Below the pieces are notes generated by a model. That model was given only the letters and a program-made list of their open reading frames with translations, searched no databases and was not told the DNA's origin. From Escherichia phage vB_Eco_F31: DNA of 64,000 nucleotides. Positions 52,832-63,609 of the stretch are shown piece after piece (position 1 is the first letter of the stretch; each line of letters opens with the position of its first letter). The translations under genes and the position numbers were made by a program. The DNA lies in sequence record OP870147.1. The stretch is one strand, 5' to 3'.

Positions 52832-53056
52832 TTATACAACTCTCATATGCATATCAATGCCCATATCTTTAGAATAAAAATATTCATCAAGATATCCGGC
52901 AAATTTTCCTTTAATATAAAGGACGTCTTCACCACACGGGTGGTCTGCCAGGATACGAATATCCTGACGACGTAGACGATACTTTTCCATTAAGAATTTA
53001 ATTTCAGTTTCAAATTCTTCGTCATTATTAAAGGCATCTTCAATTGAATAACGCAT
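52832..53056 (-). CDS. UvsY.-1-like protein
   Basis: 74 aa ORF immediately downstream of uvsY with overlapping stop/start. Confidence 0.6.
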   Translation of the reverse strand: MRYSIEDAFNNDEEFETEIKFLMEKYRLRRQDIRILADHPCGEDVLYIKGKFAGYLDEYFYSKDMGIDMHMRVV

Positions 53057-53469
53057 TATTGCCCCGCTTCAAATTCTCGCATATCCTGGATATGTTTAAG
53101 TGCAAAACTACGAGACTTAACTGCGTCAAGTGCACCACTACAGAACTCAAGTAAAATTCCCCAGTATTGTAAAGTAGTCTCTATTTTAAGCACATCTTTA
53201 TCTGCAGCCAGGACAGTTTTCATTTCAGATTTCTCGTATCGGTCCATACTGAATTCATCACCGTCACCTCGTCCCGAGTAGTAGTCTAATCTTGCTTTTA
53301 GAGCAGTTTTCTTCTGAGTCTCTATACGCAACATTTCTTTACGAATAAATGAGTGCTTACGTAGCCATTTGCTGTATAACTTAACATTATTCGCCGTCTC
53401 ATATTGCAACTTTGTCATATCAATAGCTAAGTCTGCGTCTAACTCTTCCTGTAAATCTTCCAGCTTCAT
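53056..53469 (-). CDS. uvsY: UvsY recombination mediator
   Basis: 137 aa, same length as T4 UvsY. Confidence 0.92.
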   Translation of the reverse strand: MKLEDLQEELDADLAIDMTKLQYETANNVKLYSKWLRKHSFIRKEMLRIETQKKTALKARLDYYSGRGDGDEFSMDRYEKSEMKTVLAADKDVLKIETTLQYWGILLEFCSGALDAVKSRSFALKHIQDMREFEAGQ

Positions 53470-53523
53470 AATATTCTCTCTTTAACTAATAATCTCCCGG
53501 CTGTATCGGAAGGACCTAAAACC

Positions 53524-53548
53524 ATTATACATAGGTTGCCTTGAAGCA
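53524..53548 (-). promoter_or_regulatory. MotA-dependent middle promoter for uvsY
   Basis: Minus strand AATGCTTCA then 12 nt then TATAAT. Confidence 0.6.
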
Positions 53549-53947
53549 TTACACTCTATTGCTTGACGCTAACTGAAGTTTAATTTGTTCAATATCGTCA
53601 GGGTTGTCTACGACCGAAAATCTAATCTCTACTATAACCGTATAGTCATCATATACTGGCGTTACACTTACAGAAAGTTTGTCGATGCGTGGCTCATAGT
53701 TACGAACAGCTGCCTGGATATTACGCTCAATCGTATCGGCTGTAAGTGGTGTCATGTTCTCGAAAAGTTCATCGACCAAATCACATCCAAATTCAGGGTC
53801 GAAGGGGCGTGAGCCTTTTCTAGTTGTCACTATGCCAAGAAGACTATTTTTAATAGAACGAAGTCCTACAGAACGAGCAACGTCCTTGTTCCAATCCATA
53901 CGCATTTCTGGGTCGATATCTGAATAAAGTTTATTGATATTAGACAT
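53549..53947 (-). CDS. 25: gp25 baseplate wedge protein
   Basis: 132 aa, same length as T4 gp25. Confidence 0.92.
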   Translation of the reverse strand: MSNINKLYSDIDPEMRMDWNKDVARSVGLRSIKNSLLGIVTTRKGSRPFDPEFGCDLVDELFENMTPLTADTIERNIQAAVRNYEPRIDKLSVSVTPVYDDYTVIVEIRFSVVDNPDDIEQIKLQLASSNRV

Positions 53948-54573
53948 TATAGTAACTCAAAGAATTCTTTGAGGCCTCGTATTGTGTGAACGTGTGACGC
54001 CCCACATTTGGGACATTTAATAGGGGTTGCTAGATAAATTGATGGTGATACTAAAAGATTTTTAATATTGATCATGTCATCTTCCGTTATAAGGCCATAA
54101 AGGTCGTTTATTTCTGCTTCAGTTAAATCTTCAACAGGGATGGACTCTCCATTGACAAAAACGGCCTCAATACATGAAGCAATCATTAATGCGATATTTT
54201 TATCGTCAAATAATTTAGGTTGACGGAACTTAATTTTAATACCGCTGAACGAATACCAGGGATCGGCCTGTTCATCTAATTGAGTGTGCAATAAATTCAT
54301 ATAGACTTGAAATGAATGCCCACAGGAACAATTCCAGGTGTGTTCTTGATTCACTTCACCTAATGAATGGGCCCACAGATTTACCAACAATAGCTCGGCT
54401 TCTTGTTTAGTCAAGTTTTTAGCGTTAGAGCAATTAGTGATAATATTGTTCACTGCTGATTCAATAGTACCGGTAGCCCGTGCACCTATGAGTCCTAAAT
54501 ATTCTTTTAAAGTAAAGGCTCTACAATTCACTTCTTTATCGCCTAAACGTACGGTAAACGTATATTTGTACAT
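53947..54573 (-). CDS. 26: gp26 baseplate hub protein
   Basis: 208 aa, same length as T4 gp26. Confidence 0.9.
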   Translation of the reverse strand: MYKYTFTVRLGDKEVNCRAFTLKEYLGLIGARATGTIESAVNNIITNCSNAKNLTKQEAELLLVNLWAHSLGEVNQEHTWNCSCGHSFQVYMNLLHTQLDEQADPWYSFSGIKIKFRQPKLFDDKNIALMIASCIEAVFVNGESIPVEDLTEAEINDLYGLITEDDMINIKNLLVSPSIYLATPIKCPKCGASHVHTIRGLKEFFELL

Positions 54574-54591
54574 GTTAACTCCTTTATTGTG

Positions 54592-54599
54592 TATTTATA
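54592..54599 (-). promoter_or_regulatory. late promoter TATAAATA (minus strand) for genes 26-25
   Basis: Exact octamer about 19 nt upstream of gene 26 ATG; overlaps the divergent gene 51 promoter. Confidence 0.6.
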
Positions 54600-54603
54600 A
54601 ATA
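54596..54603 (+). promoter_or_regulatory. late promoter TATAAATA for gene 51
   Basis: Exact octamer 18 nt upstream of gene 51 ATG. Confidence 0.6.
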
Positions 54604-54620
54604 ATAGAAAAGGAGTAATT

Positions 54621-55373
54621 ATGGCTAATATAATTCGTTGTAAATTACCGGATGGTGTTCATCGTTTTAAGCCGTTCACTGTGGCGGATTATAGAGACTT
54701 TTTACTAGTTAGAAATGATATCGAACATCGTTCGCCGCAAGAACAAAAAGAAATAATTGCCGATCTGATTGATGATTATTTTGGCGAGTACCCTAAAACA
54801 TGGCAACCATTTATATTCCTGCAAGTTTTTGCAGGCTCTATAGGCAAAACAAAAGTTCCCGTTATTTTCACTTGCCCTAAATGCTCTAAAGAAAAAACTG
54901 CACCATTTGAGATATATCAAAAAGAACTAGTCGAACCTGAACTTGATGTTGCTGGTATAAAAATACGTTTTTCTTTCCCTGAAAAGTTTTATGACAACAA
55001 GGCATTAATGATAAGTGAAAACATAAAAGAAATATATTATAATGACAAATGGTACCCATGGAATGATTTGACTGAAGAGAACCAAATCCAAGTAATAGAA
55101 GCAATAGACATTGACTCGCTCGAGAAGGTTATTGCTTCTATGAACCCTATTAATTTGACCCTTAGATTAGGTTGTTGTGAACGTCATGTTAAAACATATA
55201 CTGATATCTTAGAGGTTTTTAAATTGTTAGTTAACCCTGATGAGATTTTTACATTCTATCAGATAAACCATTCACTGGTAAAGAGTCAATACACATTGGA
55301 TTCTATTATGCAAATGATTCCTGTTGAACGTGGTATTGCTTTAACATTAGTAGAAAAGGACCATAAAAAATGA
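54621..55373 (+). CDS. 51: gp51 baseplate hub assembly catalyst
   Basis: 250 aa; synteny 51-27-28-29-48-54. Confidence 0.9.
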   Translation: MANIIRCKLPDGVHRFKPFTVADYRDFLLVRNDIEHRSPQEQKEIIADLIDDYFGEYPKTWQPFIFLQVFAGSIGKTKVPVIFTCPKCSKEKTAPFEIYQKELVEPELDVAGIKIRFSFPEKFYDNKALMISENIKEIYYNDKWYPWNDLTEENQIQVIEAIDIDSLEKVIASMNPINLTLRLGCCERHVKTYTDILEVFKLLVNPDEIFTFYQINHSLVKSQYTLDSIMQMIPVERGIALTLVEKDHKK

Positions 55374-56542
55374 AAGTATTCCAACGTCCAGGATATCCTA
55401 ACTTAAGCGTTAAATTATACCAAGATTATTCGGCTTGGCAAGAAAATAGATACGTTGAACTCGCTGCAACAATAACAACTTTAACCATGCGAGATTCGCT
55501 ATATGGAAGAAATGAAGGGATTCTTCAATTTTATGACACTAAAAACATCCACACTAAAATGGACGGTAGACAGATAGTTCAAATCTCTGTTTCAAATTCA
55601 AACACACCTCTCCAAGTTAGAACTCGAATTTATGGATGTAGACATTATTCTGTGTCTGTGGACTCAAAAGGTGACAATATTATTGCAATTGAGCTTGGAA
55701 CAATACATTCTATAGAGAACCTTAAATTTGGGCGACCATTCTTCCCGGACGCAGGCGAATCTATACGTGAAATGTTAGGTGTCATATACAAAGACCGTGC
55801 GTTAATTACTCCGCCAATAAACACTATTAATGCTTATGTTCCTGATATCCCTTGGACAAGCACATTTGATGATTATTTGGCATATGTCAGAGAATTAGGA
55901 CTTGCTACAGCGAGTGATAAGTTCGTATTCGTATGGCAAGATATTTTAGGCGTAAACATGATTGACTACGATACTCTTATTGGTCAGGAAGGCATTAAGA
56001 TGATTGTAGGTGAGCCAAATACTGTAGGTCAGTATATTCAAGAGCTTGAGTATCCATTAGTATGGGATTTCACCTGGATGACTAAAGCCAACCAATTTAC
56101 AAGAGACCCTATTAAAAACGCCACGATATTCGCTCATTCATTTTTAGATACATCTATTCCGGTTATTGTTACAGGCGATGGTGATAATGCTATTGTTGTG
56201 TCAAGATCAGGTGGATATTCCGAAATGACCTATCGTAATGGATTTGAAGAAGCAAGTCGTCTTCAGACAATGGCTCAATATGACGGATATGCTAAATGCA
56301 CTACTACAGGTAATTTTAACATAACGCCTGCTACTAAAATTATATTTGTTGACCAAAAGAACCAATTCAAATCCGAATTTTACGTGGATGAAGTTATTCA
56401 TGAGTTATCAAATAACAACTCACAAACTCATCTGTACATGTTTACCAACTCAATGGTGTTAGAACCTGTTAACCCAGTTAAGGTTAAAAATGAACTTAAA
56501 TCTGATTCTACCTCTAAAGAAAATAATTCTACCACAGTCTAA
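55370..56542 (+). CDS. 27: gp27 baseplate hub protein
   Basis: 390 aa; synteny. Confidence 0.92.
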   Translation: MKVFQRPGYPNLSVKLYQDYSAWQENRYVELAATITTLTMRDSLYGRNEGILQFYDTKNIHTKMDGRQIVQISVSNSNTPLQVRTRIYGCRHYSVSVDSKGDNIIAIELGTIHSIENLKFGRPFFPDAGESIREMLGVIYKDRALITPPINTINAYVPDIPWTSTFDDYLAYVRELGLATASDKFVFVWQDILGVNMIDYDTLIGQEGIKMIVGEPNTVGQYIQELEYPLVWDFTWMTKANQFTRDPIKNATIFAHSFLDTSIPVIVTGDGDNAIVVSRSGGYSEMTYRNGFEEASRLQTMAQYDGYAKCTTTGNFNITPATKIIFVDQKNQFKSEFYVDEVIHELSNNNSQTHLYMFTNSMVLEPVNPVKVKNELKSDSTSKENNSTTV

Positions 56543-57023
56543 TAAAAAGGTAATGATTCCTAAATTAGGGCTTAAACATTATAATCTTTTAAAGGACGTT
56601 AAAGGTCCTGATGAAAACATGAAAATCTTAGCTGATTCTATTTGTAAAAATATGAGTCCCGCAGATTTTGATTTTGCATGTCTACATATATTGGAATTTA
56701 ATAACAAACTTAAGTCTGAAGTTGAAAAAGACGGATTCACATATAAACTAGATGACGTCTATGTATGCCAACGAACAGAATTCCAATTCCAAGGCAATAC
56801 TTTTTATTTTAGACCTCCAGGCAAATTTGAACAATTCGCTACAATCAGTGAAATGCTATCAAATTGCTTAATAAAAGTTAATGACGAAGAGAAAGAAATT
56901 TCTTTCCTTGAGATGCCTGCTTTTGTAATCAAATGGGCAGAAGACCTTTCGACAACTATTGCTATTCCAGGCCCTAATGGTCCTATTAAGGGTATAGCAG
57001 AAATTATTGGATTGCTTGAATGA
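56490..57023 (+). CDS. 28: gp28 baseplate hub distal subunit
   Basis: 177 aa, overlaps gp27 3' end by about 50 nt. Confidence 0.85.
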   Translation: MNLNLILPLKKIILPQSNKKVMIPKLGLKHYNLLKDVKGPDENMKILADSICKNMSPADFDFACLHILEFNNKLKSEVEKDGFTYKLDDVYVCQRTEFQFQGNTFYFRPPGKFEQFATISEMLSNCLIKVNDEEKEISFLEMPAFVIKWAEDLSTTIAIPGPNGPIKGIAEIIGLLE

Positions 57024-58792
57024 AACCTGAAGAAATGAAATCCATGCGTAGAAATAAGGTCATTGCCGATAATAAACCACAAAAAGTAGCTGCAACAGCA
57101 GCTACCGATTCATTAGAAGCATTGAATGACATTTCATCAAAACTAGACGATGTCCAAGCCGCGTCTGAACTCACATCACAAAGTGTAGAAGATAAAGGCA
57201 ATGGAATTATTGAATCAATTGGAGACTTAAAGAATTCGACAGATAATACTGCTGAAGGCACAGAGCTTATCGCAGAAGTTATTGAAAAACAAACTGAAGT
57301 CACTAAAAGTATAAACGAAGTTTCTAGTGCAATAAGCTCTAAGTTAGACCGATTAGCTACATTATTAGAGCAAAAATTACAAACATCTACCGCTATTCAA
57401 AATACAGGAGGCACCTCTCTTGAAGTAATTGAGAACGCGATACCTGTTAAAGTGGTTGAGAACGAAACTTCTGATGAGTTGTTTAAAGCATTACCTACAC
57501 CTGAAAAGATTGATAATAAGCCAGACGAAGATTTCTTCCCAGTCCCGGTTCAAGAAAGTGCTAATTCTACTTCCGATTCTAAAGGCGGAATTAGCTTTAA
57601 ATTGAGCGATAAAATTGCAATGCTCACCAAAACAGTTCAAACCGGGTTTAATAAATCAATATCCATTTCAGACAGAATTGCTGGAATGCTTTTCAAATAC
57701 ACTATAACGGCTGCTATTGAAGCAGCAAAAATGGCCGCACTTATTCTTGGTATTGTTATCGGTATTGATTTATTGATAGTCCATTTCAAATATTGGACAG
57801 ACAAGTTCACTTCTGCCTGGGATTTATTTGATGAAAACTTTACTAAATTCTCCGATGAAGCTAAAGAGTGGGGTAAATTCTTAAGTGATATATTCACTTC
57901 TATTGACTCGATAAAACAAATGTGGGAAGCTGGAGACTGGGGTGGTTTAACCGTTGCTATTGTCAAAGGTGTAGGAACAGCATTAATGAACTTAGGTGAA
58001 CTAATTCAATTAGGAATGGCTAAACTCTCCGCGTCTATATTGCGTGCTATAGGTTTTGGTGATACCGCGGACGAAATAGAAGGACGTGCTTTGGAAGGAT
58101 TCCAAGAAACTACTGGGAACAAATTAAAGAAAGAAGACCAAGAGAAAGTCGCTAAATATCAAATGAAGCGTGACGATGGGGAATTAGGAACCGTTTCTAA
58201 AGGTCTTGATATGTTACAACGCGGCAAAACATTCGTTACTAACTGGGTTCGTGGTAATGACAATAAAGAAGAGTTTAGTACAAGTGATGAGCGCGCTGCG
58301 GAATCAGCAAAATTAAAAGAGTTACCTGAAGAGGAGCGTAAAGAGGCGTACATAAAAGCTAATGAAACTCGTGCGGCAATAGTTAGATTTGAGGATTATA
58401 TCGATAAAATCGATATGACTAATCCAGAAAATGCTAAAAACGTCGAGAAGTCTTATGCTGATTTAAGTAAACTTATTAAAGACCCTGAACTTAATAAAAC
58501 TCCTGTTGTTAAAAAGGAAATAGATGCTAGATTTGAAAAGCTAAATAATAAAATGGCTGAAGCCAAAAAGGCTCAGACAACAGTTAAGCCTGAATCTTCG
58601 ACTAAATCTCCGGAAGCAAAACAAGTTCAGTCAATAGAGAAAGGACGTGCTTCTGAATCTAAACAACAGCAACCGGTAGCGGCGATTAGTAACACAAATA
58701 ATGTCGTCAAAAAGAATACCGTAGTCCAGAATATGACCCCTGTAACAAGTACAACGGCTCCTGGAATTTTCCATGCCACCGGTGTTAATTAA
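57020..58792 (+). CDS. 29: gp29 tail tape measure protein
   Basis: 590 aa, same length as T4 gp29. Confidence 0.92.
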   Translation: MKPEEMKSMRRNKVIADNKPQKVAATAATDSLEALNDISSKLDDVQAASELTSQSVEDKGNGIIESIGDLKNSTDNTAEGTELIAEVIEKQTEVTKSINEVSSAISSKLDRLATLLEQKLQTSTAIQNTGGTSLEVIENAIPVKVVENETSDELFKALPTPEKIDNKPDEDFFPVPVQESANSTSDSKGGISFKLSDKIAMLTKTVQTGFNKSISISDRIAGMLFKYTITAAIEAAKMAALILGIVIGIDLLIVHFKYWTDKFTSAWDLFDENFTKFSDEAKEWGKFLSDIFTSIDSIKQMWEAGDWGGLTVAIVKGVGTALMNLGELIQLGMAKLSASILRAIGFGDTADEIEGRALEGFQETTGNKLKKEDQEKVAKYQMKRDDGELGTVSKGLDMLQRGKTFVTNWVRGNDNKEEFSTSDERAAESAKLKELPEEERKEAYIKANETRAAIVRFEDYIDKIDMTNPENAKNVEKSYADLSKLIKDPELNKTPVVKKEIDARFEKLNNKMAEAKKAQTTVKPESSTKSPEAKQVQSIEKGRASESKQQQPVAAISNTNNVVKKNTVVQNMTPVTSTTAPGIFHATGVN

Positions 58793-58800
58793 GGATTATT

Positions 58801-59910
58801 ATGATTAGTGTAAAAGAAATAGTAGTAGATGCAAAGGATTTAAATAAAGCAATCCCAGTATCAGAAAGTGCTGGGCAAAGCACTAAAACCGAAACAACTA
58901 CTAAAACTTATGTTGCTCAATTTCCTACAGGAAGAGCAGCCGGAAATGACTCCACAGGAGACTTCCAGGTAACAGACCTTTATAAGAATGGATTATTATT
59001 TACCGCGTACAATATGTCTGCACGCGATTCAGGATCCCTCAGGAATTTACGTCCGGCATACGCTGGTACTTCATCTAATGGTATCATATCAGATTTAACT
59101 GATAACGTGAAAGATGCAGTGACTAAATTCTCAAACGGATTGCTTCCTGCCGGAGCTAATAAGTCTACTATAAATAAAACTCCTGTTGCTAATATACTTT
59201 TGCCACGTTCCAAATCTGACGTTGATACAACTTCACATCGTTTTAATGATATCGGTGATAGCCTTATTACTAAAGGTGGAGGTACTGCTACAGGTGTTTT
59301 AAGTAACATTGCTTCTACTGCAGTTTTTGGTGCATTAGATTCTATTACTCAAGGGCTTATGGCTGATAATAACGAACAGATTTATACGACTTCTCGTAGT
59401 ATGTATGGCGGTGCTGAGAACCGTACTAAAGTCTTTACATGGGATTTAACTCCGCGTTCAACTGAAGACCTTATGGCTATTATAAACATTTACCAGTATT
59501 TTAACTATTTCTCATATGGTGAGACTGGTAAATCACAGTACGCCCAAGAGATTAAAAGTTATTTAGACGAATGGTACCGTTCAACGTTTATTGAGCCTAT
59601 GACACCAGACGATGCAGTAAAAAATAAGACATTGTTTGAAAAGATTACTGCGTCATTAACAAATGTATTAGTTGTAAGCAACCCTACAATTTGGATGGTT
59701 AAAAACTTTGGTTATACGTCTAAATTTGATGGATTAACTGACGTATTTGGTCCATGCCAAATACAAAGCGTACGTTTTGATAAAACTCCAAATGGACAAT
59801 TTAATGGTCTTGCTGTTGCTCCTAACTTACCATCAACATTTACGTTAGAGATAACAATGCGAGAAATTATTACATTAAACCGTTCTTCACTTTATGCGGG
59901 GACTTTCTAA
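58801..59910 (+). CDS. 48: gp48 baseplate tail tube cap
   Basis: 369 aa; synteny. Confidence 0.9.
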   Translation: MISVKEIVVDAKDLNKAIPVSESAGQSTKTETTTKTYVAQFPTGRAAGNDSTGDFQVTDLYKNGLLFTAYNMSARDSGSLRNLRPAYAGTSSNGIISDLTDNVKDAVTKFSNGLLPAGANKSTINKTPVANILLPRSKSDVDTTSHRFNDIGDSLITKGGGTATGVLSNIASTAVFGALDSITQGLMADNNEQIYTTSRSMYGGAENRTKVFTWDLTPRSTEDLMAIINIYQYFNYFSYGETGKSQYAQEIKSYLDEWYRSTFIEPMTPDDAVKNKTLFEKITASLTNVLVVSNPTIWMVKNFGYTSKFDGLTDVFGPCQIQSVRFDKTPNGQFNGLAVAPNLPSTFTLEITMREIITLNRSSLYAGTF

Positions 59911-60872
59911 TGTACTCTTTAGAAGAATTTAATAACCAAGCTATAAATGCGGATTTCCAACGAAACAATATGTTTAGTTGTGTATTTGCTACTACCCCAT
60001 CGACCAAATCATCTTCACTAATTTCGTCAATTGGTAGTTTTGCTTATAATAACTTAGGGTTGGATTCAGATTGGCTAGGATTGTCTCAAGGTGATATCAA
60101 TCAGGGCGTAACAACCCTGATTACAGCAGGAACACAGAAATTAATTCGAAAATCGGGTGCAAGTAAATATCTGATTGGAGCAATGAGTCAACGTACGGTA
60201 CAAAGCTTGTTAGGTGAGTTCACAGTAGGAACTTATCTGATAGACTTCTTCAATATGGCATATAATAATACAGGTTTAATGATTTATTCTGTAAAAATGC
60301 CTGAGAACCGATTATCTTATGAAACGGATTTCAACTATAACTCCCCGAACATCCGAATTACCGGTCGTGAAATGGACCCGTTAGTAATAAGCTTTAGAAT
60401 GGATTCCGAAGCATCTAACTTTAGAGCAATGCAAGACTGGGTAAACTCAGTCCAAGACCCTGTAACAGGTCTTCGTGCTTTACCACAAGACGTCGAAGCA
60501 GATATTCAGGTTAATTTACACGCACGAAATGGTTTACCACATACCGCTGTCATGTTCACAGGATGTATTCCTGTTAGTGTCTCTTCTCCTGAGTTAACGT
60601 ATGATGGTGATAATCAGATAACAGTTTTTGATGTAACATTTGCTTATCGCGTTATGCAATCAGGTGCTGTAAATAGACAGGCCGCTTTAGAATGGCTGGA
60701 ATCAGGACTTATTAGTAGTGTTTCAGGAATGTTTGGAAATAATCAGAATGATTCTGGACTAGGAAGTGCAGTATCAAGACTTTCTAGATTAGGTGGGACT
60801 GCTGGTGGTGTGTCTAATATAAACACATTGACAGGTGTGGTGAATTCTGCGTCAAGAGTTTTAGGACTATAA
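59910..60872 (+). CDS. 54: gp54 baseplate tail tube initiator
   Basis: 320 aa, same length as T4 gp54. Confidence 0.92.
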   Translation: MYSLEEFNNQAINADFQRNNMFSCVFATTPSTKSSSLISSIGSFAYNNLGLDSDWLGLSQGDINQGVTTLITAGTQKLIRKSGASKYLIGAMSQRTVQSLLGEFTVGTYLIDFFNMAYNNTGLMIYSVKMPENRLSYETDFNYNSPNIRITGREMDPLVISFRMDSEASNFRAMQDWVNSVQDPVTGLRALPQDVEADIQVNLHARNGLPHTAVMFTGCIPVSVSSPELTYDGDNQITVFDVTFAYRVMQSGAVNRQAALEWLESGLISSVSGMFGNNQNDSGLGSAVSRLSRLGGTAGGVSNINTLTGVVNSASRVLGL

Positions 60873-60878
60873 GAAAAA

Positions 60879-60905
60879 GGGAGACGTTGTCTCCCTTTAG
60901 GGGTT
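60879..60905. terminator. terminator after gene 54 (GGGAGAC-GTTG-TCTCCC + T-rich tail)
   Basis: GC stem-loop followed by TTTAGGGGTTT. Confidence 0.6.
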
Positions 60906-61198
60906 TATTTACGGAATGAAAGGAATGCTGGTGCTCGGAATGGAGTATCATCTTTAGAGTATTTAACTAATACGACCATTGGTACCTCTGTTTCTAAATG
61001 ACCTGTCACCACACCGATAAAAATTTGATCAGTGTGCTCAGGGTCACGAAAGTTTTTAAGAGGTTCCATAGCAATATGGAATGCACCTGGGAATACTCGA
61101 TTCAATTCGTCAATCACAGCTTCGTTAAAAACATCATCCGCTGGGATAGCATCTTCAACTACTAGTTCTTGACCATTAAAGCGAAGCATAGATTTCAT
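60905..61198 (-). CDS. hypothetical protein (alt-downstream ORF)
   Basis: ORF track 60905..61270; ATG 61198 preceded by GAGGAAA and located downstream of the early promoter. Confidence 0.5.
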   Translation of the reverse strand: MKSMLRFNGQELVVEDAIPADDVFNEAVIDELNRVFPGAFHIAMEPLKNFRDPEHTDQIFIGVVTGHLETEVPMVVLVKYSKDDTPFRAPAFLSFRK

Positions 61199-61227
61199 AA
61201 CGTTTTCCTCATGTTGTTGATGGGATG

Positions 61228-61258
61228 ATAGTATCACACATCCATGTGTTTGTAAACT
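61228..61258 (-). promoter_or_regulatory. early promoter (GTTTAC-N19-TACTAT, minus strand) with palindrome ACACATCCATGTGT in spacer
   Basis: T4 early-promoter pattern between the alt stop and the downstream ORF. Confidence 0.5.
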
Positions 61259-63344
61259 ATCCTTGGACAAACTTAAACGGAACTGATTCTAAATCCATTA
61301 AAGATGCTAACAATTTCAAACCTTTAGGTGCACTAGTTTTTTCTACAAATGAGGAGAACGATACCGGCTCATCCGATTCGATTTCACCCGTCATAGCAAC
61401 CACCTCGCCTGTTTCCATGAGAACATCACCATCGTAAATGACAGCTTCGTCCAACTGGTCCGAGGACATGACTTCAGCTTGAATAAATTTAAGGTTGGAT
61501 TCTAAACCTGCACCAGTGTCAGATGACGCATCTGTAATTTTATTTATCTGCAAGAGAATGCCTCTAGGCAAAATAATTTCTTGCTCATTAGGGTGATTAC
61601 TCAATTGGCCTGGATAAATCACGTTAACTTTATGAGCGCCATCAATAGCCCATCCAACATTAACACGAATTTGTTCTGGCGCATGCATAGCGGTACGTGC
61701 CAGGCTAGGAGAAATAGTAACACCTTCATCATTATTGTCAATGTTAAGCTCTTTTCGAACTTCTTCAGGAGCAAGTCCAAGGGCAACGTTCTCTTTAAAC
61801 CCACCGAAAATAATAGGAGCTAGTGAAGTGGAAACATAGTTTCTGAAGTAGAATACCTTATTTTTAACCATTGCTTCGTAAATAGGCATTCTGATAGACT
61901 GAGCTCTATATAACGTTAGTCCTTCAGGTAAACGGTCTCCATTTAAAAACGCCGAATCAAGACCATCAATAGCGCGTTTAACTTCATCTTCATCTGCAAC
62001 ATCGTAAAAATCTGGTTTATAACGACCTAACAACATATTATTGATATCGGTATACGCAGAAGAGGCATATTCGCGAATAGCTCGTTTTTCAGCAACAGAG
62101 TATTGTTTAGGGTCCCGATTCATTGTTATATTAAAGGTGCCTCTAGCCGATTCTCGTGCATAAGTATACATCACATTAGACAAGAACGCTGATTTACGTT
62201 GTTTCCAAGTTTTTTCAGATACTTCAGCTAAAACATCGTCGGCCAGTTGGAAATTATCACGTCTAAAATCTTCAAACCATTCGTCTTTAATAGAGTCCGC
62301 AATTTCGTTTGCAGCTTCAACAAAAGCAGCTAATGCTTTAACAGATGTTGTTTTTTCAGTTTTAATTTTCTTAGCAAACTTTTCTAAAGTTGGCTTAATA
62401 ACACTACCATAAGAAACTTCATCAGCAAATTTAAAGGATTCATCAATACGATTATAAATCTTATTTTCGATATCAGCAACTAAAGTGCCTTTTGCTGTGG
62501 ACGATGCTTGGGCTAGTACGATTTCATATGCTTCAGGAAGTAATTCGGCCGTAGCTGGGCCACTAACTTCTTTAGCAGAATTTTCGTATTTCTGGAATAA
62601 CTCACCTTCTTGTCGGTCAGCTTCTAAAGATTGACTTGCTGCAATAGCACGACGAGAAATTTTAGTGCGAGCAATAACAGGTTTATCTTTACGTTTTTCT
62701 TCTACCGCGGCAATAGAACCAGCGATAGCCGTTTCTTTGGTGACCTTTTCACCGGTCTTTTTACTCACATAAACTTCGCCAACATCAGAATCTACTTTCG
62801 TATACAACTCTGTGTTAATGTTAGGGATGCCTTTAATATCTTCAATGTTGGCATTTTTACGAACCATCATCACATAGGTGTGTTTACCTGTGAATTGATA
62901 CATTGCCGACAATACTTTAAAACGACCACCGGTTTTAGTAGAAACTAAACGAGCAAGAAGAGTTTGAAGCTGTTGTCCACGTCCTTTCAATTTCTTGGTA
63001 GGGAACCGGAACAGAACTGCATCCATACGAAGAGCTTTAACCTGTTCATATACTGTATTGAAAATGGTGTTGATTGCATCAATAGGAGCAGGACCAAGGC
63101 CATTTTTCAATTCAGCGAGATTACCCTTTTCAGATAGACTCATAATAACAACATGAGCGTATTTGTCGCCAAGTTTAACTTGTTTTACGGCATCGCCTTC
63201 AGAAAGATAAGAGAATAAGCGAACTACGATGTTTGTATCGATATCACCAATTTTCCAGACTTGTGGAACTTTAGCTTTAGGGTTCAAATTGACGACAGGA
63301 AGACTGCCTTCAGATTCAAACACTTCATTTAATTGTTCAGACAT
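61257..63344 (-). CDS. alt: Alt ADP-ribosyltransferase (packaged, modifies host RNA polymerase)
   Basis: 695 aa; recalled similarity to T4 Alt over the central and C-terminal regions (e.g. ...ILPRGILLQINKITDAS...). Confidence 0.9.
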   Translation of the reverse strand: MSEQLNEVFESEGSLPVVNLNPKAKVPQVWKIGDIDTNIVVRLFSYLSEGDAVKQVKLGDKYAHVVIMSLSEKGNLAELKNGLGPAPIDAINTIFNTVYEQVKALRMDAVLFRFPTKKLKGRGQQLQTLLARLVSTKTGGRFKVLSAMYQFTGKHTYVMMVRKNANIEDIKGIPNINTELYTKVDSDVGEVYVSKKTGEKVTKETAIAGSIAAVEEKRKDKPVIARTKISRRAIAASQSLEADRQEGELFQKYENSAKEVSGPATAELLPEAYEIVLAQASSTAKGTLVADIENKIYNRIDESFKFADEVSYGSVIKPTLEKFAKKIKTEKTTSVKALAAFVEAANEIADSIKDEWFEDFRRDNFQLADDVLAEVSEKTWKQRKSAFLSNVMYTYARESARGTFNITMNRDPKQYSVAEKRAIREYASSAYTDINNMLLGRYKPDFYDVADEDEVKRAIDGLDSAFLNGDRLPEGLTLYRAQSIRMPIYEAMVKNKVFYFRNYVSTSLAPIIFGGFKENVALGLAPEEVRKELNIDNNDEGVTISPSLARTAMHAPEQIRVNVGWAIDGAHKVNVIYPGQLSNHPNEQEIILPRGILLQINKITDASSDTGAGLESNLKFIQAEVMSSDQLDEAVIYDGDVLMETGEVVAMTGEIESDEPVSFSSFVEKTSAPKGLKLLASLMDLESVPFKFVQG

Positions 63345-63375
63345 AGTGTTTTCCTTTTAGTAATAATTTATATTT

Positions 63376-63400
63376 ATGCCAAAAAGAGCCCGAAGGCTCT
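63376..63400 (-). terminator. rho-independent terminator (AGAGCC-TTCG-GGCTCT + U5 on minus strand) upstream of alt
   Basis: Same stem-loop-CTTTTTGGCATAA module as at about 9580 and about 10125. Confidence 0.55.
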
Positions 63401-63609
63401 TAATCCACAATCGGAAGCAAAGTACGATAAACTTCAAAATTAGAGCCTTTTTCGTACTTATCGAAATTGTCCATAAAAATATGATAGGAATCGTTATTAG
63501 GAAAATCTAATATAATCTGAGAGCAAGAGGTGGAAACATCTCCACCATCCTTCTTAGCTACAATAACTGTTTCTAAATAAGCTTTCATTATAAACCTGTC
63601 TGGGACCAC
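63400..63609 (-). CDS. hypothetical protein
   Basis: 69 aa ORF. Confidence 0.45.
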   Translation of the reverse strand: MVPDRFIMKAYLETVIVAKKDGGDVSTSCSQIILDFPNNDSYHIFMDNFDKYEKGSNFEVYRTLLPIVD